DNA from: Chiloscyllium plagiosum
Lineage: Eukaryota
Reading direction: 5' to 3'
Length of the DNA stretch: 64,000 nucleotides
Assembly: GCF_004010195.1 (NCBI RefSeq)
Contig: NC_057718.1
Span: forward strand, 76,641,316 to 76,705,315
The notes beneath the pieces are model-generated. The model was not told where the DNA came from, did no database searches, and saw nothing but the letters and a program-made list of their open reading frames with translations. Within the stretch, counting starts at the first letter, position 1. Each line of letters starts with the position of its first letter. Positions 1 to 13,292 of this stretch are shown piece after piece. The position numbers and the translations under genes were made by a program.

Positions 1-140
1 ACACTTTCCTCATTCCTGAAGAAGGGCTCATGCCCGAAACGTTGATTCTCCTGCTCCTTGGATGCTGCCTGACCTGCTGCGCTTTTCCAGCAACACATTT
101 TCAGCTCTGATCTCCAGCATCTGCAGTCCTCACTTTCTCC
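1..140 (+). mobile_element. Penelope-like terminal repeat (family A) with minimal hammerhead motif at 16-43, cut by the window edge
   Basis: CTGAAGA-A-GGGC-TCAT-GCCC-GAAA-CGTT followed by the family tail ...catctgcagtcctcactttctcc, shared with copies at 4230, 14162 and 49544. Confidence 0.8.
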
Positions 141-1780
141 TTTTGAAAGTTTTTGCCTAATACCATCAAAATTAGCCTTTCTCAAATTTAGAACTTTGGT
201 CTATCCTTTTTCATTGCTATTTTAAAACTAATAGAATTATGGTCACTGGCCCAAAGTGCTCCCCCACTGACACCTCAGTCATTTGTCCTGCCTTATTTCG
301 CAAGCATGGGTCAGGTTTTAAACCTTCTCTAGTAGGTACATCCATGTACTGAATCAGAAATTTTTCTTGTACATGCTTAACAAATTCCTCTTCATCTAAA
401 CCCTTAACACTATGGCATTCCCAGTTTATGTTTGGAAAGTTAAAATCTCCAACCATAACTACCCTATTATTCTTACAGATAACTGAGATCTCCTTACAAA
501 TTTGTTTCTCAATTTCCCCGAGTCTTACAGGGTCTATAATACAGACCCAATAATTTCTCAGTTCAACCCCAAATAACTTCCTAGATGTATTTCCGGGAAT
601 ATCCTCCCTAAGTACAGCTGTAATGCTAGCCCTTATCAAAAACGCCACTCCCCCTCCTCCCTTGCCTCCCTTTCTGTCATTCCTGTAGCATTTGTATTCT
701 GGAACACTAAGCTGCCAGTTCTGTCCATCCCTGAGCCTCGTTTCTGTAATTGTTATGATGTTCTATGTTCCTAACCATTCCCTGAGTTCATCTGCCTTCC
801 CTGTTAGGCCTCTTGCATTGAAATAAATGCAGTTTAATTTATCAGTCCTACCTTGTTCTCTGCTTTGTCCCTGCCTGCCCTGATTTTTGACTCCCTTCTA
901 TTCTCAACTGTACCAGTCTCAGATTGATCTCTTCCCTCACTATCTCCCTGTGTCCCACCCCCACCCTCCCAAACCCCATCTCAGTTTAAGTTTAAATCCT
1001 CCTGAGCAGCTCTAGCCAATCTCCTCGCCAGTATATTAGTCCCTCTTCCAATTCAGGTGCAATCCGTCCTCCTTGTGCAGGTCTTATTTTGTTCCAAATG
1101 CTACATCCATTTAGGTAGTGGGTCTCATTACCATTTTGTCCTCCTTTGACTTTATTTGCTGCTGTTTTTCAATGTCTGTACACTCTACCCCTTCTTGTCC
1201 CACTCTGGGGGTCAAATTGATGCCCTGCAATGCTGTCCCATCCTTTTGCTTTGTAAGTCTATGTTTTTGCTCCCCTCATTTCTCCTGCCCTCTAATTTAG
1301 TTTAAAGCCCTAGTTATTCAATTCATTAGGACATGGTCCTAAACATTTCAAGTAAAGCCTGTTCTTCTGGGACATTTCCCTTCTACCCAGTATTGTTGCC
1401 AGTGCCCATGCACTGAAACATATTCCACCACGCCAAATATTGAGTCATGTATTTAACTCCTCAGCTTTATTCACCTTGTGCTAGTTTGCCTGTAGCTTGG
1501 GGAGCAATCCCAAGATAATTACCTTGAAGATTCATCTTTTAAATTTAAGTGATATTTGTTCAAAATCTTTTGGCAGAACCTTCTTTAGTTCTGCAATCCA
1601 TTCATACCAGCATGGATGAAAATAACTGGATCCCTCCCCCCCTCACTCCAAGTTCCTCTCCAACCCTGAGAAAATCTCCTCGACCCTGGTACTGAGCAGG
1701 CAACAAAGGCTTTGTGACTAATGCTGATAGGCACAGAGAACTGCATTTATTCCCTCAAATTGTACTGTCCCTTACCAGTC
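141..1780 (-). mobile_element. CR1 LINE fragments (APE endonuclease region and ORF1 esterase-like remnants)
   Basis: ORF 217-648 contains VVMVGDFNFPNINWE. A CCL..RV-like ORF1 remnant lies near 1680-1705 on the - strand. Confidence 0.8.
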
Positions 1781-1989
1781 TTTTGTCTTATCTCTGCTCA
1801 CTTGATTGCCTCTCTGTATCACGGTACGGGTGGTGCGTTTACTCATCCTCAGTCCTTATTCTCATCCATATAGCTTACGACAATCTTGTAACTGTTAAAG
1901 AGTTGCTGGGGTTGGGACACCTCAAATGCTACCCCATAATTCCCTCACCTGCAGTCCTGACCTCAAAGTGGATTTGGACTCTTGGCCTC

Positions 1990-2425
1990 AGCATAGACCT
2001 AGCGTAGCGTCCTCTTGGTCTGGTGTGGCAGTCTCCTGGCCGTGCGGGCCTGTCTTTCAGCAGCTTGACATGGTGGTCTTTCAGCCACCCATGGTGGTCT
2101 TTCAGCCCAGCGTGACCTCAGCTTAGACTTCCAGTCTTGTCGTGATTCAAGGTCCTGCACAGATTGGAGGCAAGGTGCTGGTGTGGACTGGGTTGGAAGG
2201 ACTGGTTTTCCAAACATTTTATTTCTCTATTTTTCGAATTCATTCCAATGATCTGACATGCTGGCCTTTTAATATCTTCATTTTCTAATTTTCTTTTCTT
2301 AAGAACTTGTACTGAAGAATTTGTACCTAGATATCTTGTACCTAAAATAGTGTCAAAAGTGGCAACTTTTAAATTTTTCACTATACTCATTTGAGTACAT
2401 GTGACAATAAAGCTAATTCAATTTA
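1990..2425 (+). mobile_element. Retroelement 3' end (Rex1/Babar-type tail)
   Basis: Ends in ...tgagtacatgtgacaataaagctaattcaatt, similar to the reverse-strand tail at 13295. Confidence 0.4.
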
Positions 2426-3312
2426 GTTACACCCTCCTGCACCTGAATGAACTGGGAGATGTAGGATCATAAATGTAATAATGAGTCTGCACATTCTTTG
2501 ATCTGACTAGAGTTTCCACTTTTGTGTTTGTGATTCATTGGGCAGAAAACTATAAGCTGATGAGCCCCAGAAATGACAAACCCCAGCTGCCATTCCAATG
2601 GTGTTTGTTTCGCAAAACACTTAAGCAATGTCACTCACCAGCAATGCAGTAATCCCAGTGCCAAATTAAAACAGCTTGCTAAGTTCTTTCATACATGTGA
2701 CTGCTGTCAACAAAAATTCTGGCCTGGTGATTGTGGTATGTGTGAGCATGTGAAAGTAAAAATAGTGTGTCTCATGGCCTTCATTAGGTAAGTGCATATG
2801 CACTGCAATCAATACATTTCAGAATGTTTACATGCTTGGTGGACAATATTTGTATTTTATAACATCTTGCATTGTCATATGGCAGTCATTGTGGCAGGAA
2901 TCTTTTATATGGATCATGGAGGCTGAGGCATTCCCACAACTGCAGCTGCTCAAAATACGTAGTCCATGTAATCAGCAGTGCTCATACCTTTGCCTCCCTT
3001 TTCACACTGTTCATTTTGTGGATTTGCAATGGGTCTCATACAAGCTTTTTACACCTTTTTTTAAAAAAAGTCATTCATGGGATGTGGGTGTCGCTGGCTG
3101 CGAAATGCCTACTCACCCTTGAGAGACTGCAGTCCCTGTGCTATAGATGGACCCAAAATGCCCTTGGGGAGCGAGTCCTGGTTGGACAGAGGAAGCGCTT
3201 CAGTGATACCCTCAACGCCCCATTGGCAAAGTTCAGCATTTCCACAGACACTTGGGAATCACTGGTCCAAGAGTATCCAAAGTAGAGGAGGAGCATCCAG
3301 GAGGATCTCGAG

Positions 3313-5376
3313 GAGAGGGGCATGATGGATGTTGAGTTTAGGGATAGACATTTGAATACTCTTGGTCAAGTCAGCATGAGGAGGGAGGAATTGTTGGGTA
3401 TTCTAAAAGGCATTAAGGTGGACAGGTCCCCACGTCAGTTACTGAGGGAAGCAAGAGAGAAAATAGCTGGGGTCTTAACAGATATCTTTGCAGCATCCTT
3501 GAACACAGATTAGGTCCCGGAGTACTGGAAAATTGCTAATGTTGTCCCCTTGTTTAAGAAGGGTAGCAGGGATAATCCATGTAATTATAGACCGGTGAGC
3601 CTGATGTTAGTGGTAGGGAAGCTGCTGGAGAAGATTCTGAGGGATAAGATCTATTCCCATTTGGAAGAAAATGGACTTATCAGTGATGGGCAATATGGTT
3701 TTGTGCAGGGAAGGTCATGTCTTATGAACTTAATAGAATTCTTTGAGGAAGTGACAAAGTTGATTAATGAGGAAAGGGCTGTAGATGTCATATACAGGGA
3801 CTTCACTAAAGCGCTTGATAAGGTTCCCTGGTAGGCTGATGGAGAAGGTGAAGTCGCATGGGATCCAGGGTGTACTAACTAGATGGAAAGAGAATTGGCT
3901 GGGCAACAGAAGACAGAGATTAGTAGTGGAAGGGAGTTTCTCAAAATGGAGAACTGTGACCAATGGTGTTCTGCAGGGATCTGTGCTGGGACCACTCTTG
4001 TTTGTGGTGTACATAAATGATCTTGAGGAAGGTGTAGGTAGTCTGATTAGCAAGTTTGCAGATGACACTAAGATTGATAGTGAAGTGGACTGTCAAAGAA
4101 TGCAGCAGACTATAGATAGATTGGCGAGTTGATCAGAGAAATGGCAGATAGAGTTCAATCCGGGCAAATGCACGGTGATGCATTTTGGAAGATCCAATTC
4201 AAGAGCGAACTATACAGTAAATGGAAAAGCTTAAAAATGTGTTGCTGGAAAAGCGCAGCAGGTCAGGCAGCATCAAAGGAGAAGGAGAATCGACGTTTCA
4301 GGGATAAGCCCTTCTTCAGGAATGAGGAGGGTGCGCCAAGCAGGCCTGCTTGGCACACCCTCCTCATTCCTGAAGAAGGGCTTATGCCGAAACGACGATT
4401 CTCCTTCTCCTTTGATGCTGCCTGACCTGCTGCGTTTTTCCAGCAACACATTTTTAAGCTCTGATCCCCAGCATCTGCAGTCCTCACTTTCTCCTAGGCC
4501 TGCTTGGCACACCCTCCTCATTCCTGAAGAAGGGCTTATGCCCGAAACGTCGATTCTCCTTCTCCTTTGATGCTGCCTGACCTGCTGCGCTTTTCCAGCA
4601 ACACATTTTTAAGCTCTGATCCCCAGCATCTGCAGTCCTCACTTTCTCCTAGTAAATGGAAAAGTTCTAGGGAAAATTGAGGTACAGAGAAAGCTGTGTG
4701 TTCAGGTCCATTGTTCCCTGAAGGTGGCAATGCAGGTTAATAGAGTGGTCAAGAAGGCATATGACATGCTTTCCTTCATGGATGGGGTATGGAGTACAAG
4801 AGTTAGCAGGTTATGTTACAGTTGTATGACTTTGGTTCAGCACACTTGGATTAATGCAGTTTTGGTCGCCACATTACCAAAAAGATGCGGAGGCTTTGAA
4901 GAGGGTGCAGAAGAGATTCGCCAGGATGTTGTCTAGTATAGATGGTGCTAGCTATGGAGAGAGGTTGAGTAGATTAGGATCATTTTTATTAGAAAGATGA
5001 AGGTTGTGGGGGGGGGAGCCTAATTGAGGTCTACAAAGTCATGAGATGTATAGACAGGGTGGATAGCAAGAAGCTTTTTCCCAGAGTGGGGGACTCAATT
5101 ACTTAGGGTCACAAATTCAAACTGAGAGGGGAAACGTTTAGTGGAGATATGCATAGAAAGTTCTTTATGCAGAGGGGTGGTGAGTGCTTTGAATGGATTG
5201 CCAGCAGAGATGGTAGAGCCAGGCACAATAGCATCAATTACGATGTATCTAGGCAGGGAGCAAAGAGATACAGATCTTTAAAACAGAGGTGACATGTTTA
5301 GATAGAGGATCTGGATCAGCGCAGGCTTGGAGGGCCATAGAGCCTGTTCCTGTGCTGTAATTTTCTTTGTTCTTTG
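3313..5376 (+). mobile_element. 5'-truncated CR1 LINE (RT domain to 3' tail), frameshifted
   Basis: FKKGSRDNPCNYRPVSL, QYGFVQGRSCLMNLIEFFEEVT, GVLQGSVLGPLLF, SKFADDTK. 3' tail ttctttgttctttg. Confidence 0.9.
4230..4650. mobile_element. Penelope-like terminal-repeat cassette (family A): one inverted plus two tandem copies, three hammerhead motifs
   Basis: 14-bp TSD AGTAAATGGAAAAG at 4216-4229 and 4651-4664. Palindrome centre AGGCCT at 4342-4347. Motifs at 4292-4319 (-), 4370-4396 (+) and 4524-4551 (+, intact). Confidence 0.85.
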
Positions 5377-6204
5377 CCTTGAGACTTGCCATCACAGAAA
5401 AATAGAAACAGCAGAAGGAGCATGCTTCCACACCAATGCCCCACCTACCCTTCCCCTGATCACTACCTGACCAAGTGTGACAGAGCCTGTGGTAGCTGCA
5501 TTAGTCTGTACAGCTGCCTATGGACCCATCCTGAGAGTGGAAGAGAGTCATCCTTTATTGCATGGGACCACCAATGATGATGAAGGAGGGAATTTCAGGA
5601 TATTGATATTAAAGGAATGATAATACATTTCCAAGTTAGGATGGTGAGTGGCTTGGAGGGGAACTTGCAGAGGGTGGTGTTTCCATGTACAAATGGAAGT
5701 GGTTATGGGTTTGTGAATTTCTGCGGTATGTCTCGTAACCCTTACACTTCTACTACTGAGCATCAGTGATGGAGGAAGTGAATGTTTGTGGATGTGGTGC
5801 CAATCAAATAGGCTGTTTTGTCCTGGATGGTTTCCTGAGTATTATTGAAGCTGTACTGATCAAGACAACTAGGGAGTATTCAATCATATTCTAGACTTTA
5901 GCCTTGTGGATGGACAGGCTTTGGTGAGTTACTTTCTGCAGGATTCCAAACCTCTGACCTGGTCTTGTAGCCACTGCATTTATGTCATTCATCTAGTTTC
6001 ATTTTTGGTCAATAGAACGTCCAGGATGTTAATAGTGGGGACTGAGTGATGGTAATGCCATTGAAATGTAAAGATAGAATCCAGCTGAGATTTATTGCAA
6101 CTCAGTAACATATATAAATATTACACGAACAGGCACATCAGTGTCTGGGCTCACATTAATTTATTGGATTACAAAGAGCAACATGCCTCCATCAATGTGT
6201 CATG

Positions 6205-6330
6205 TTTCCTGATTAAGGAGCAGCACTGCAAAAAGGTAGTACTTCCAAATAAATCAGTTGGACTATAACCTGGTGTTGTGTGATTTTTAACTTTGTCTAT
6301 CCCAATTCAGCACTGGCACCTCCACATCAT
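6205..6330 (+). mobile_element. Degenerate Penelope-like terminal repeat (family C)
   Basis: Shares ccaaataaa...ttggactataacctggtgttgtgtgatttttaactttgt...cacctcca with 40967-41099. Confidence 0.65.
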
Positions 6331-6967
6331 GCTTCAGATGATTCAAGTTAAAATGACATAAAAGACTCTTATACCCACAGATTGTGTGCTATGACTGTAT
6401 GATATCATGAGCTTATCTTTTTGTGATATACTGATTGTGAGACATAACACAACAGCTGCCAGATCAGCTGAGTATTTCCAGCACTTCCCTTTTATTTGCT
6501 TGATTGCGAGCAGTTGCAATATTTTACTTTTATTCTGAATGAATTCTGACAGGACTTAATTAGTCTGAACATTGTGATCTGGGTCTAGGGTTTCTACTGA
6601 TTTGTACTGGTCTTACCGGCACTTTCACATGAAATCAGCCAAAACAGCATAAAATACTGCTAAATTTTAACTGCATGTAATGTCTTTAACACTGGTTCAG
6701 GTACCATTGTATTGAAGGGGACTTCGTCATCAGCTCAAATTAATGATCTGGTAAATTTCTCTTCAATGTGCCTGTTCAAGGAGGCTTTTCAAATTAAACT
6801 AAATATGTGAACATAAATCCACTAATTGGTAAGTTTTTATAATGTTTATTTAAAATATTTACTTTACTAAGAAACTGTTTGCTGTAGACTAATGTAACTA
6901 ATAAAATATTCTGTACAGTTTTTTTTGAAAAGTAGTTTTTATTTAAGACCAGTTTATTTACAATTGT

Positions 6968-7275
6968 GGTTGGCACAGTAGCTCAGTGGTTAGCACTGCT
7001 GCATCACAGGGACTCTGGTTTGATTCCAGTCTCAGATGACCATCTATTTCGAGTTTGCAAGTTCTTCTTGTGTCTGCATGGGTTTCCTCCAGATGCTCCG
7101 GCTTCCTCCCACAGTCCAAAGATGTGCAGTTTGATGGATTGGTTGTGCTAGGATTAGGCCTGGGAAATGAAGGGTTACAGGAAGGGGTAGGTCTGGATGG
7201 GATGCTCTTCTGATGGTCAGAGTGGACTTAATGGGACGAATAGCCTGCTTCTCCAAGGTAGGGATTCCATGATTC
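6968..7275 (+). mobile_element. tRNA-derived SINE (HE1/V-SINE-like)
   Basis: ggcacagtagctcagtggttagcactgctgc head, gggtttcctcc...cccacagtccaaagatgtgc core, CR1-like tail. Confidence 0.85.
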
Positions 7276-7849
7276 AATGGTGTATACTAGATACTTCATT
7301 TAAAAGATGCTTCTATTTTTAATATATCTATTTTACCCTATGTTAATAAAACTGTATCTTGCTACCACTTACCACTTTTTAATTGCCAAGATAAATAATG
7401 ATATTCTATTACGCTGCTTGATTGCACTGGATCATTGGTACTTTCTTGTGTGATTTTGCAAATATCAGTTTAGGCAGAAATTTGCCCTTTAACTTTAGCA
7501 AATTGTTATCATTTCAAACAAAGTGCACCCTAATGCTGTTTGTACCCAACTGGAAACTCCACATCATTAATTTGTACCCTTGCAGATCTAAATACAAGGA
7601 TGGGAAAGGACTGCTGTTCAGCAAGAGAAATGGGTGAACGCATTAACCACTTTCAGAAATCACAGTGAAATGTGAAATTAATGTTTTAGGGCAAGTTGAG
7701 ATGTATGACTGATCAGCAATCTACCTTTGTAGCACAAAACGCTACCACATAATATGCGCAAAACAACATAACAGGAACGTTCAACATTGTGCACATATTC
7801 CAACTGTTATGGAGTACATTTAGAGCCAATCATGGAATTACAGAATTCA

Positions 7850-10480
7850 GTATCACAGAATTACTACAGTGCAGAAGAAGGTCATTCGGCCCATAATGTC
7901 TCCATTGGTTCTCAGAATGAGCATCACAACATAGTTCTATTGCCTTGCCCCTTCCCTGTAGCCCTGCACATTATTTCTATTTAAATGATCATCCAATTGC
8001 TTCTGTAATGCCTCAAATGAACGTGCCTCCACCACGTTTCCAGTCAGTGTCTTCCAAATCTGAACCACTTACTATGTGAAAGAGTTTTTTTTCTGATATC
8101 TCATCTACTTATTTCGCAAATCACTGTATTTCTCTGCCCTATTTTTGGCTCTTTTTTTTGAGCAGGAACAATTTCTCCCTGTTTACCAGACCTTGCAGTG
8201 CATCTTTTCTTGGTGAACTACACATGTACTGCAATACAAAATTCTCCTGAACGCAGTCTAAGAATGCTTGCCCCTCTCTGCTCTTAACATCATCACTTTC
8301 CCCGTAAATAATCAGCAACTGAAGTCCCCCATTATTACTAGTCTATAATGCCTGCACCTCTGTAATTTTCCTGCACATTTGTTCCTCTCTATCCTTCCTA
8401 TATGTTGATGGCCTATAGACTAGATCAAGCAACTTAAATCCATTCTTTTTGTTCCTTCGCATCAGACAAATCAAATTTGTCCTTGAACACTCGAGGTATC
8501 TTCTTTTTCCAGTACAGCAATAGTCTCCTTTACTAAGACCACCATCCCTCCTCTTTTGCTTTCTTTCCTATTTTTCTTGAACACCTGGTAGTCGAGAATA
8601 CTTAGCACTCAGTCCTTCCCGTCCTTCAGCCAACTCTCTGATGTCACCACATCATAACACCATGTGGCACTCTGCACCTGTAACTCAGCAGTCGTCTTTA
8701 CTGTGTGTCATGCATTCAGTACTAGTTGTATAACAGTAATTTAGAATGTCTCCATCTCCAATTTCTCCATCACCCCAACTCCACCTATTAATGTACTATT
8801 CTTACTTCTAGTGCTGGTTGTCCTAATATTCTATGCACACTGGCATTGTTCTCTAATATTCTCTCCTGGATAGCACATCCTGGCAGATTTAGTTTCAAGC
8901 CTCCTCAACAACATAAACAACACAACTTACAAGAAAATCAGTTCCAGTTCTATTTGGCTTGTATAGGTTCCATTTCCCCGGCGCCATTTCCAGTGACCAT
9001 AAGACATAGGAGCAGAAATTAAGCCATTCGGCCCATCGAATCTGCTGTGCCAATCATTGCTGATACATTTTTTTCAACGCCATTCTCCCACTTTCTCCCC
9101 GTAACAGAGTCATAGAGTCATAGCATAACCTTTGATCCCCTTGACAATCAATAACCTATCTATCTCTGTTTTAAATTTACTCAATGACCTGGCCTCCACA
9201 GTCTTCTGAGGCAATGAATTCCACAGATTCACCACACTTTGGCTGAATAACTTTCTCCCTATCTTCATTCTAAAGGCTCTTCCCTTTATTCTAAGGCTGT
9301 GCTCTCAGGTCCTAGTCTCTTCTGCCAATGGAAACATCTTCCCTACATCCACTCTGTGCAGGCCATTCAGTATTCTGTAAGTTTCAATTAGAACTCCCCT
9401 CATCCTTCTAAACTTCATCAAATATAATCCCAGAGTCCTCAAAGTTCCTCATATGTTAAGCCTTTCATTCCTGGAATCATTCTTGTGAATCTCCTCCAGA
9501 CCTACTCCAGGGTCAGTACATCCTTCCTAAGGTACGGGGCCCACAATTGCTCATAATATTCGAAATGTGGTCTGACCAGAGCTTTTAAAAGCCTCAGAAG
9601 TACATAGAACATTACAGTGTAGTACAGACCCTTCAGCCCTCAATGTGAAACCAATCTGAAGCCTATCTAACCTACACTATTCCATTCTCATCCATATGCC
9701 TATTCAATGACCATTTAAATGCCCTTAAAGTTGGCGAGTCTACTACTGTTACTCTGAGTAAAGAAATTACCTCTGACATCTGTCCTATATATATCACCAC
9801 TCAGTTTAAAGCTATATCCCCTTGTGCTAGCCATCAACATCAAAGGTAAAAGGCTCTTACTGGCCAACCTATATAAACCTCTGATTATCTTGTACGTCTC
9901 AGTTAAGTCAGCTCTCAACCTTCTTCTCTCTAATGAAAACAGCCTCAAGTCCCTCAGCCTTTCCTTGTAAGACCTTCCCTCTATACCAGGCAACGTCCTA
10001 CTAAATCTCCTCTGAATCCTTTACAAAGCTTCCACATTCTTCTTATAATGTGGTGACCAGAACTGTATGCAGTACTCCAAATGTGACCACACTAGACTTT
10101 TGTACAGCTGTAGCATGATCTCATGGTTCTGAAAATCAATTCCTCTACCAATAAAAGCTAACACATTATATGCCTTCTTAGCAATGTTATCAACCTGGGT
10201 GGCAACTTTTAGGGATCTCTGTACCTGGACACCAGATCTCTCTGCTCATCTACACTACCAGGAATCTTATCATTAGCCTAGTATTCCTGTTACTCCTTCC
10301 AAAAGTACATCCTTGCTTTTCTATTCTCGTCCTCTCGTGATGGATCATGACATTGTGTTTGCCTTCCTAACTACCAATTCAACCTGCAAGTTTACCTTAA
10401 CAGAAGCCTGGACTGGGAATCCCAAGGCCCTTTGCACTTGAGATATCTAAGGACTTTGTCCGAGGAATTTGAAGTCCGCC
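7850..10480 (-). mobile_element. Cluster of nested CR1 fragments
   Basis: Several CR1 3' ends (e.g. SYKERLRDLRLFSLERRRLRADL). An inner copy at about 9606-10302 is flanked by AAGTACAT at 9598-9605 and 10303-10310. Confidence 0.8.
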
Positions 10481-10504
10481 TGCACTATCTTTCTAGACAT
10501 GCAC

Positions 10505-11105
10505 TGAGTATTGGAATTGGGAGGTTATGTTGCAGCTTGATAGGATATTGGTTAGACCACTTTTAGAATACTACATACAATTCTGGTCTACCTGCTACAG
10601 GAAGGATGTTGTGAAACTTGAAATAGTTCAGAAAAGATTTATGAGGATGTTGCCAAAATTCGAGGATTTGAGCTAGAGGGAGAGGCTGAATAGGCTGGGG
10701 CTATTTTACCTGGAGTGTTGGAGGCTAAGGGGTGACCTTGTAGAGGTTTATAAATCACGAGGGGCATGGAGAGGGTGAACAGCCAAGGTCTTTTCCCTGG
10801 GTTTGGGGGAATCCAAAACCAAAGGCATAGATTTAAGGTGTGAGGGAAAGATTTAAAAGGGGCCTCAGAAGCACCTTTTTCATATAGAGGGTGATGCGTG
10901 TATGGAATGAGCTGACAGAGGAAGTGGAGGAGGTTGGTACAATTACAACATTTAAAAGGCACCTGGATGGGTAGATGAATAGGAAGGGTTTAGAGGAATA
11001 CGTGACAAATGCTGGGAAATGGGACTACAATAAATGTAGGACATCTGATCAGCGTGGACAAGTTGGATGGAAGAATCTGTTTGATTGCTGTACAACTCTA
11101 TGATT
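10505..11105 (+). mobile_element. CR1 LINE 3' fragment
   Basis: LVRPLLEY..QFWS...ERLNRLGLF.LE..RLRGDL..VYK, plus CR1 3' UTR. Confidence 0.85.
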
Positions 11106-11442
11106 CTTATTTGTCTGTTTTACCATTTTATTGCTATACTCATTTGCAAGTGCTGCTAGGAGAAACCTGGATTATGGTTGAAGTCCTATTTGCTAATTTT
11201 CTCCCTGGCTCTCTCAATTCTGACTGCAGGACCACACACCCCTGCCTAACTTTTTATTGATACCCCAACATTGAACATTGGTTTTGGCCGATCACTCTCC
11301 CCAGAAACATGTGACATCCTTGACCCCGGCACCACAGAGGCAAGATGCCATCCTGGAGTAATGTCTGTAGCAACATGAATACCTGTCAGTTTCCTGAACT
11401 GGCATTGGTACTAACAGAGCTGTATGAGTGGGAATAGAGGGT

Positions 11443-11762
11443 TAGAATAGAATAGAATCCCTACAGTGAGGAAACAGGCCATTTTAGCCGAACAAGTCCA
11501 CACCAAAATTCTAAAGAGTATCCCACCCAGACCCATTCCCCTAACCTGCACATCCCTGAACACTATGGGCAATTTAGCATGACCAATTCAGCTAACCTAT
11601 ACATCTTTGGATTGTGGGAGTAAACTGGAGCACCCTTGAGGAAACCCATACAGACATGGGGAGAATGTGCAAACTCCACGCAGACAGTTGTTCGAGGCTG
11701 GGATTGAACCCGGGTCCCTGGTGCTGTGAGGCAGCAATGCTAACCACTGAGCCATCATGCTG
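11443..11762 (-). mobile_element. tRNA-derived SINE (HE1/V-SINE-like)
   Basis: Reverse complement of the SINE head (tgctaaccactgagccatc) and (tagaa)n tail. Confidence 0.85.
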
Positions 11763-12079
11763 CTCCTATTGTGGGGTTGGTGCTGCTGAAGTTATTACAG
11801 CAGGTGACAGGAAGAGTGCATAGAAATATACTTTTTAAGCACAAATTAAATGGAATTACAATTTAAACAGCATCATGGCAAGAACCAAACTGGAACAAAG
11901 GCCTAAGGCACATGACTGTCCTGGGGAATACAGGCTGGTTGGTTACTCTGCCACAGATAACAAAGAGAATCTTTTCTTGCTGTTATCCATTCAATGAGAG
12001 ACCTTGGAAAAAGCAGTACCTTTAAACACATGTCACATGACCATACTCCAACAACTAGCCAGTCACCAACCACGGTCAG

Positions 12080-12300
12080 ATCAAATCATTCCTAGGTCCA
12101 TTGTGAAATGTGATCAGATTAAAATGGTCAGATGGGCCCTCATCCCAGTTGTGGAGCATAATCAATGTTATTGAGTCAAAAGGCTTGGTCTTTTTTATCC
12201 ACCTGTTGGGCATGTTATGACACATTTCTGCAGTCAACATATCCTGTGGTGGGATGTGAAACCAGACATTCTGGCGCAGAGGTTTGGGAGACCATAACAA
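12080..12300 (-). mobile_element. Old tRNA-headed SINE
   Basis: A degenerate A/B-box-like head on the - strand near 12245-12298. Confidence 0.4.
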
Positions 12301-13292
12301 GTCCCTTTCAGAGCTTGGTCTTCACCCACCAAAATAATTAGATTATGCCTGAATGTATTTGAATGGTTCAAGAAGTGGCAGTTCACAGTGAACTTATTGT
12401 TTTTTGAGGGTGTGGGATTGTGTTCAAATAATGACTGAAATCAGTGAGTGGCAAAAAATAGCCTCTTTATTAAGCATCCGCTGTAGCGCAGTTTATGACG
12501 GCGATGGAATCCGAAGTACAGTTCTTACAGTAGCCTCTTTACACACAGTTCTTACATACATTAATGTTTTAGCAGCATGATGTTGCCTAATTGTATCAAT
12601 TATACACAAAAGTTTGCATGACATCTGCCCTGGGGAAGCTGGAGTGATTTAAACATTTGCTAAACGCTGCCGTTACTCCTGATGGGATTAGAGTGCCTGT
12701 CCGGTCGTTTGCATAATTAAGAGGTGTCCTTTTATCTTTTAAGTTAGTGATGTTAGTAAAAATACTAGATCTATATGATCTAAATAAGTTAGGAATTATA
12801 TGTGTATTAAATAAAAGTATAGAGGATATTAAACTGATCTACTGCAGCTGGGTCATGATGTTTTATTCCCTATTACCAGTCTTGATATTCATTCGTGCAG
12901 TTTCACAGAAGCGCTGTTTTGATCATATGTTTCTTAAAGGGTGTAGCGATCCTATTTAATATGTATTTAACAGGTACGTACTGGTTGAGGAAACTGTTTG
13001 AGTTTCTGAAATCAATTCAGGTCCTGAGAGATGATTGCTAAGGGCTGATTAATATTATAATCTTTCTATAGTTTTGGATGAGTCATGGAGACCTGATAAT
13101 GGGTTGGCATTGTCCTGAACAGGTTACAATATTAACACTTTGTAGCCTTTGATAGAGAAGCTGGTCTAAACACTACTTTTGCAACATGGAGCCAATAAGG
13201 ATTGAAGGTGTAAAGAAGCAGTAATGGGTTTGAAGGGATGTTTTAATTTAGTCTATCTTGTAATAGTAAAATGTACTGCAAAAACACAGTTT

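Larger units (their letters stand above)
3171..5582 (+). mobile_element. RTE-clade LINE 3' end split by a CR1 (pieces at about 3171-3312 and 5377-5582)
   Basis: GQRKRFSDTL...WESL..WRRSI on the left. C..CDRACGSCISLYS.L.TH C-terminal motif and (GAT)n tail on the right. Confidence 0.7.
3060..6070 (-). mobile_element. Old LINE split by nested insertions (pieces at about 3060-3170 and 5585-6070)
   Basis: The two pieces join collinearly when compared with the uninterrupted copy at 61745-62105 (cattc/tgtgggatgtgg...gacccacaatg...gggaattccagga...ggaggggacttgcag). Confidence 0.65.

Noticed and set aside
4230..4650. MITE/DNA transposon interpretation of the palindromic cassettes
   Set aside because: Arms are asymmetric and variably truncated, TSDs are long and variable, and hammerhead motifs plus a GIY-YIG-linked example point to Penelope-like retroelements.
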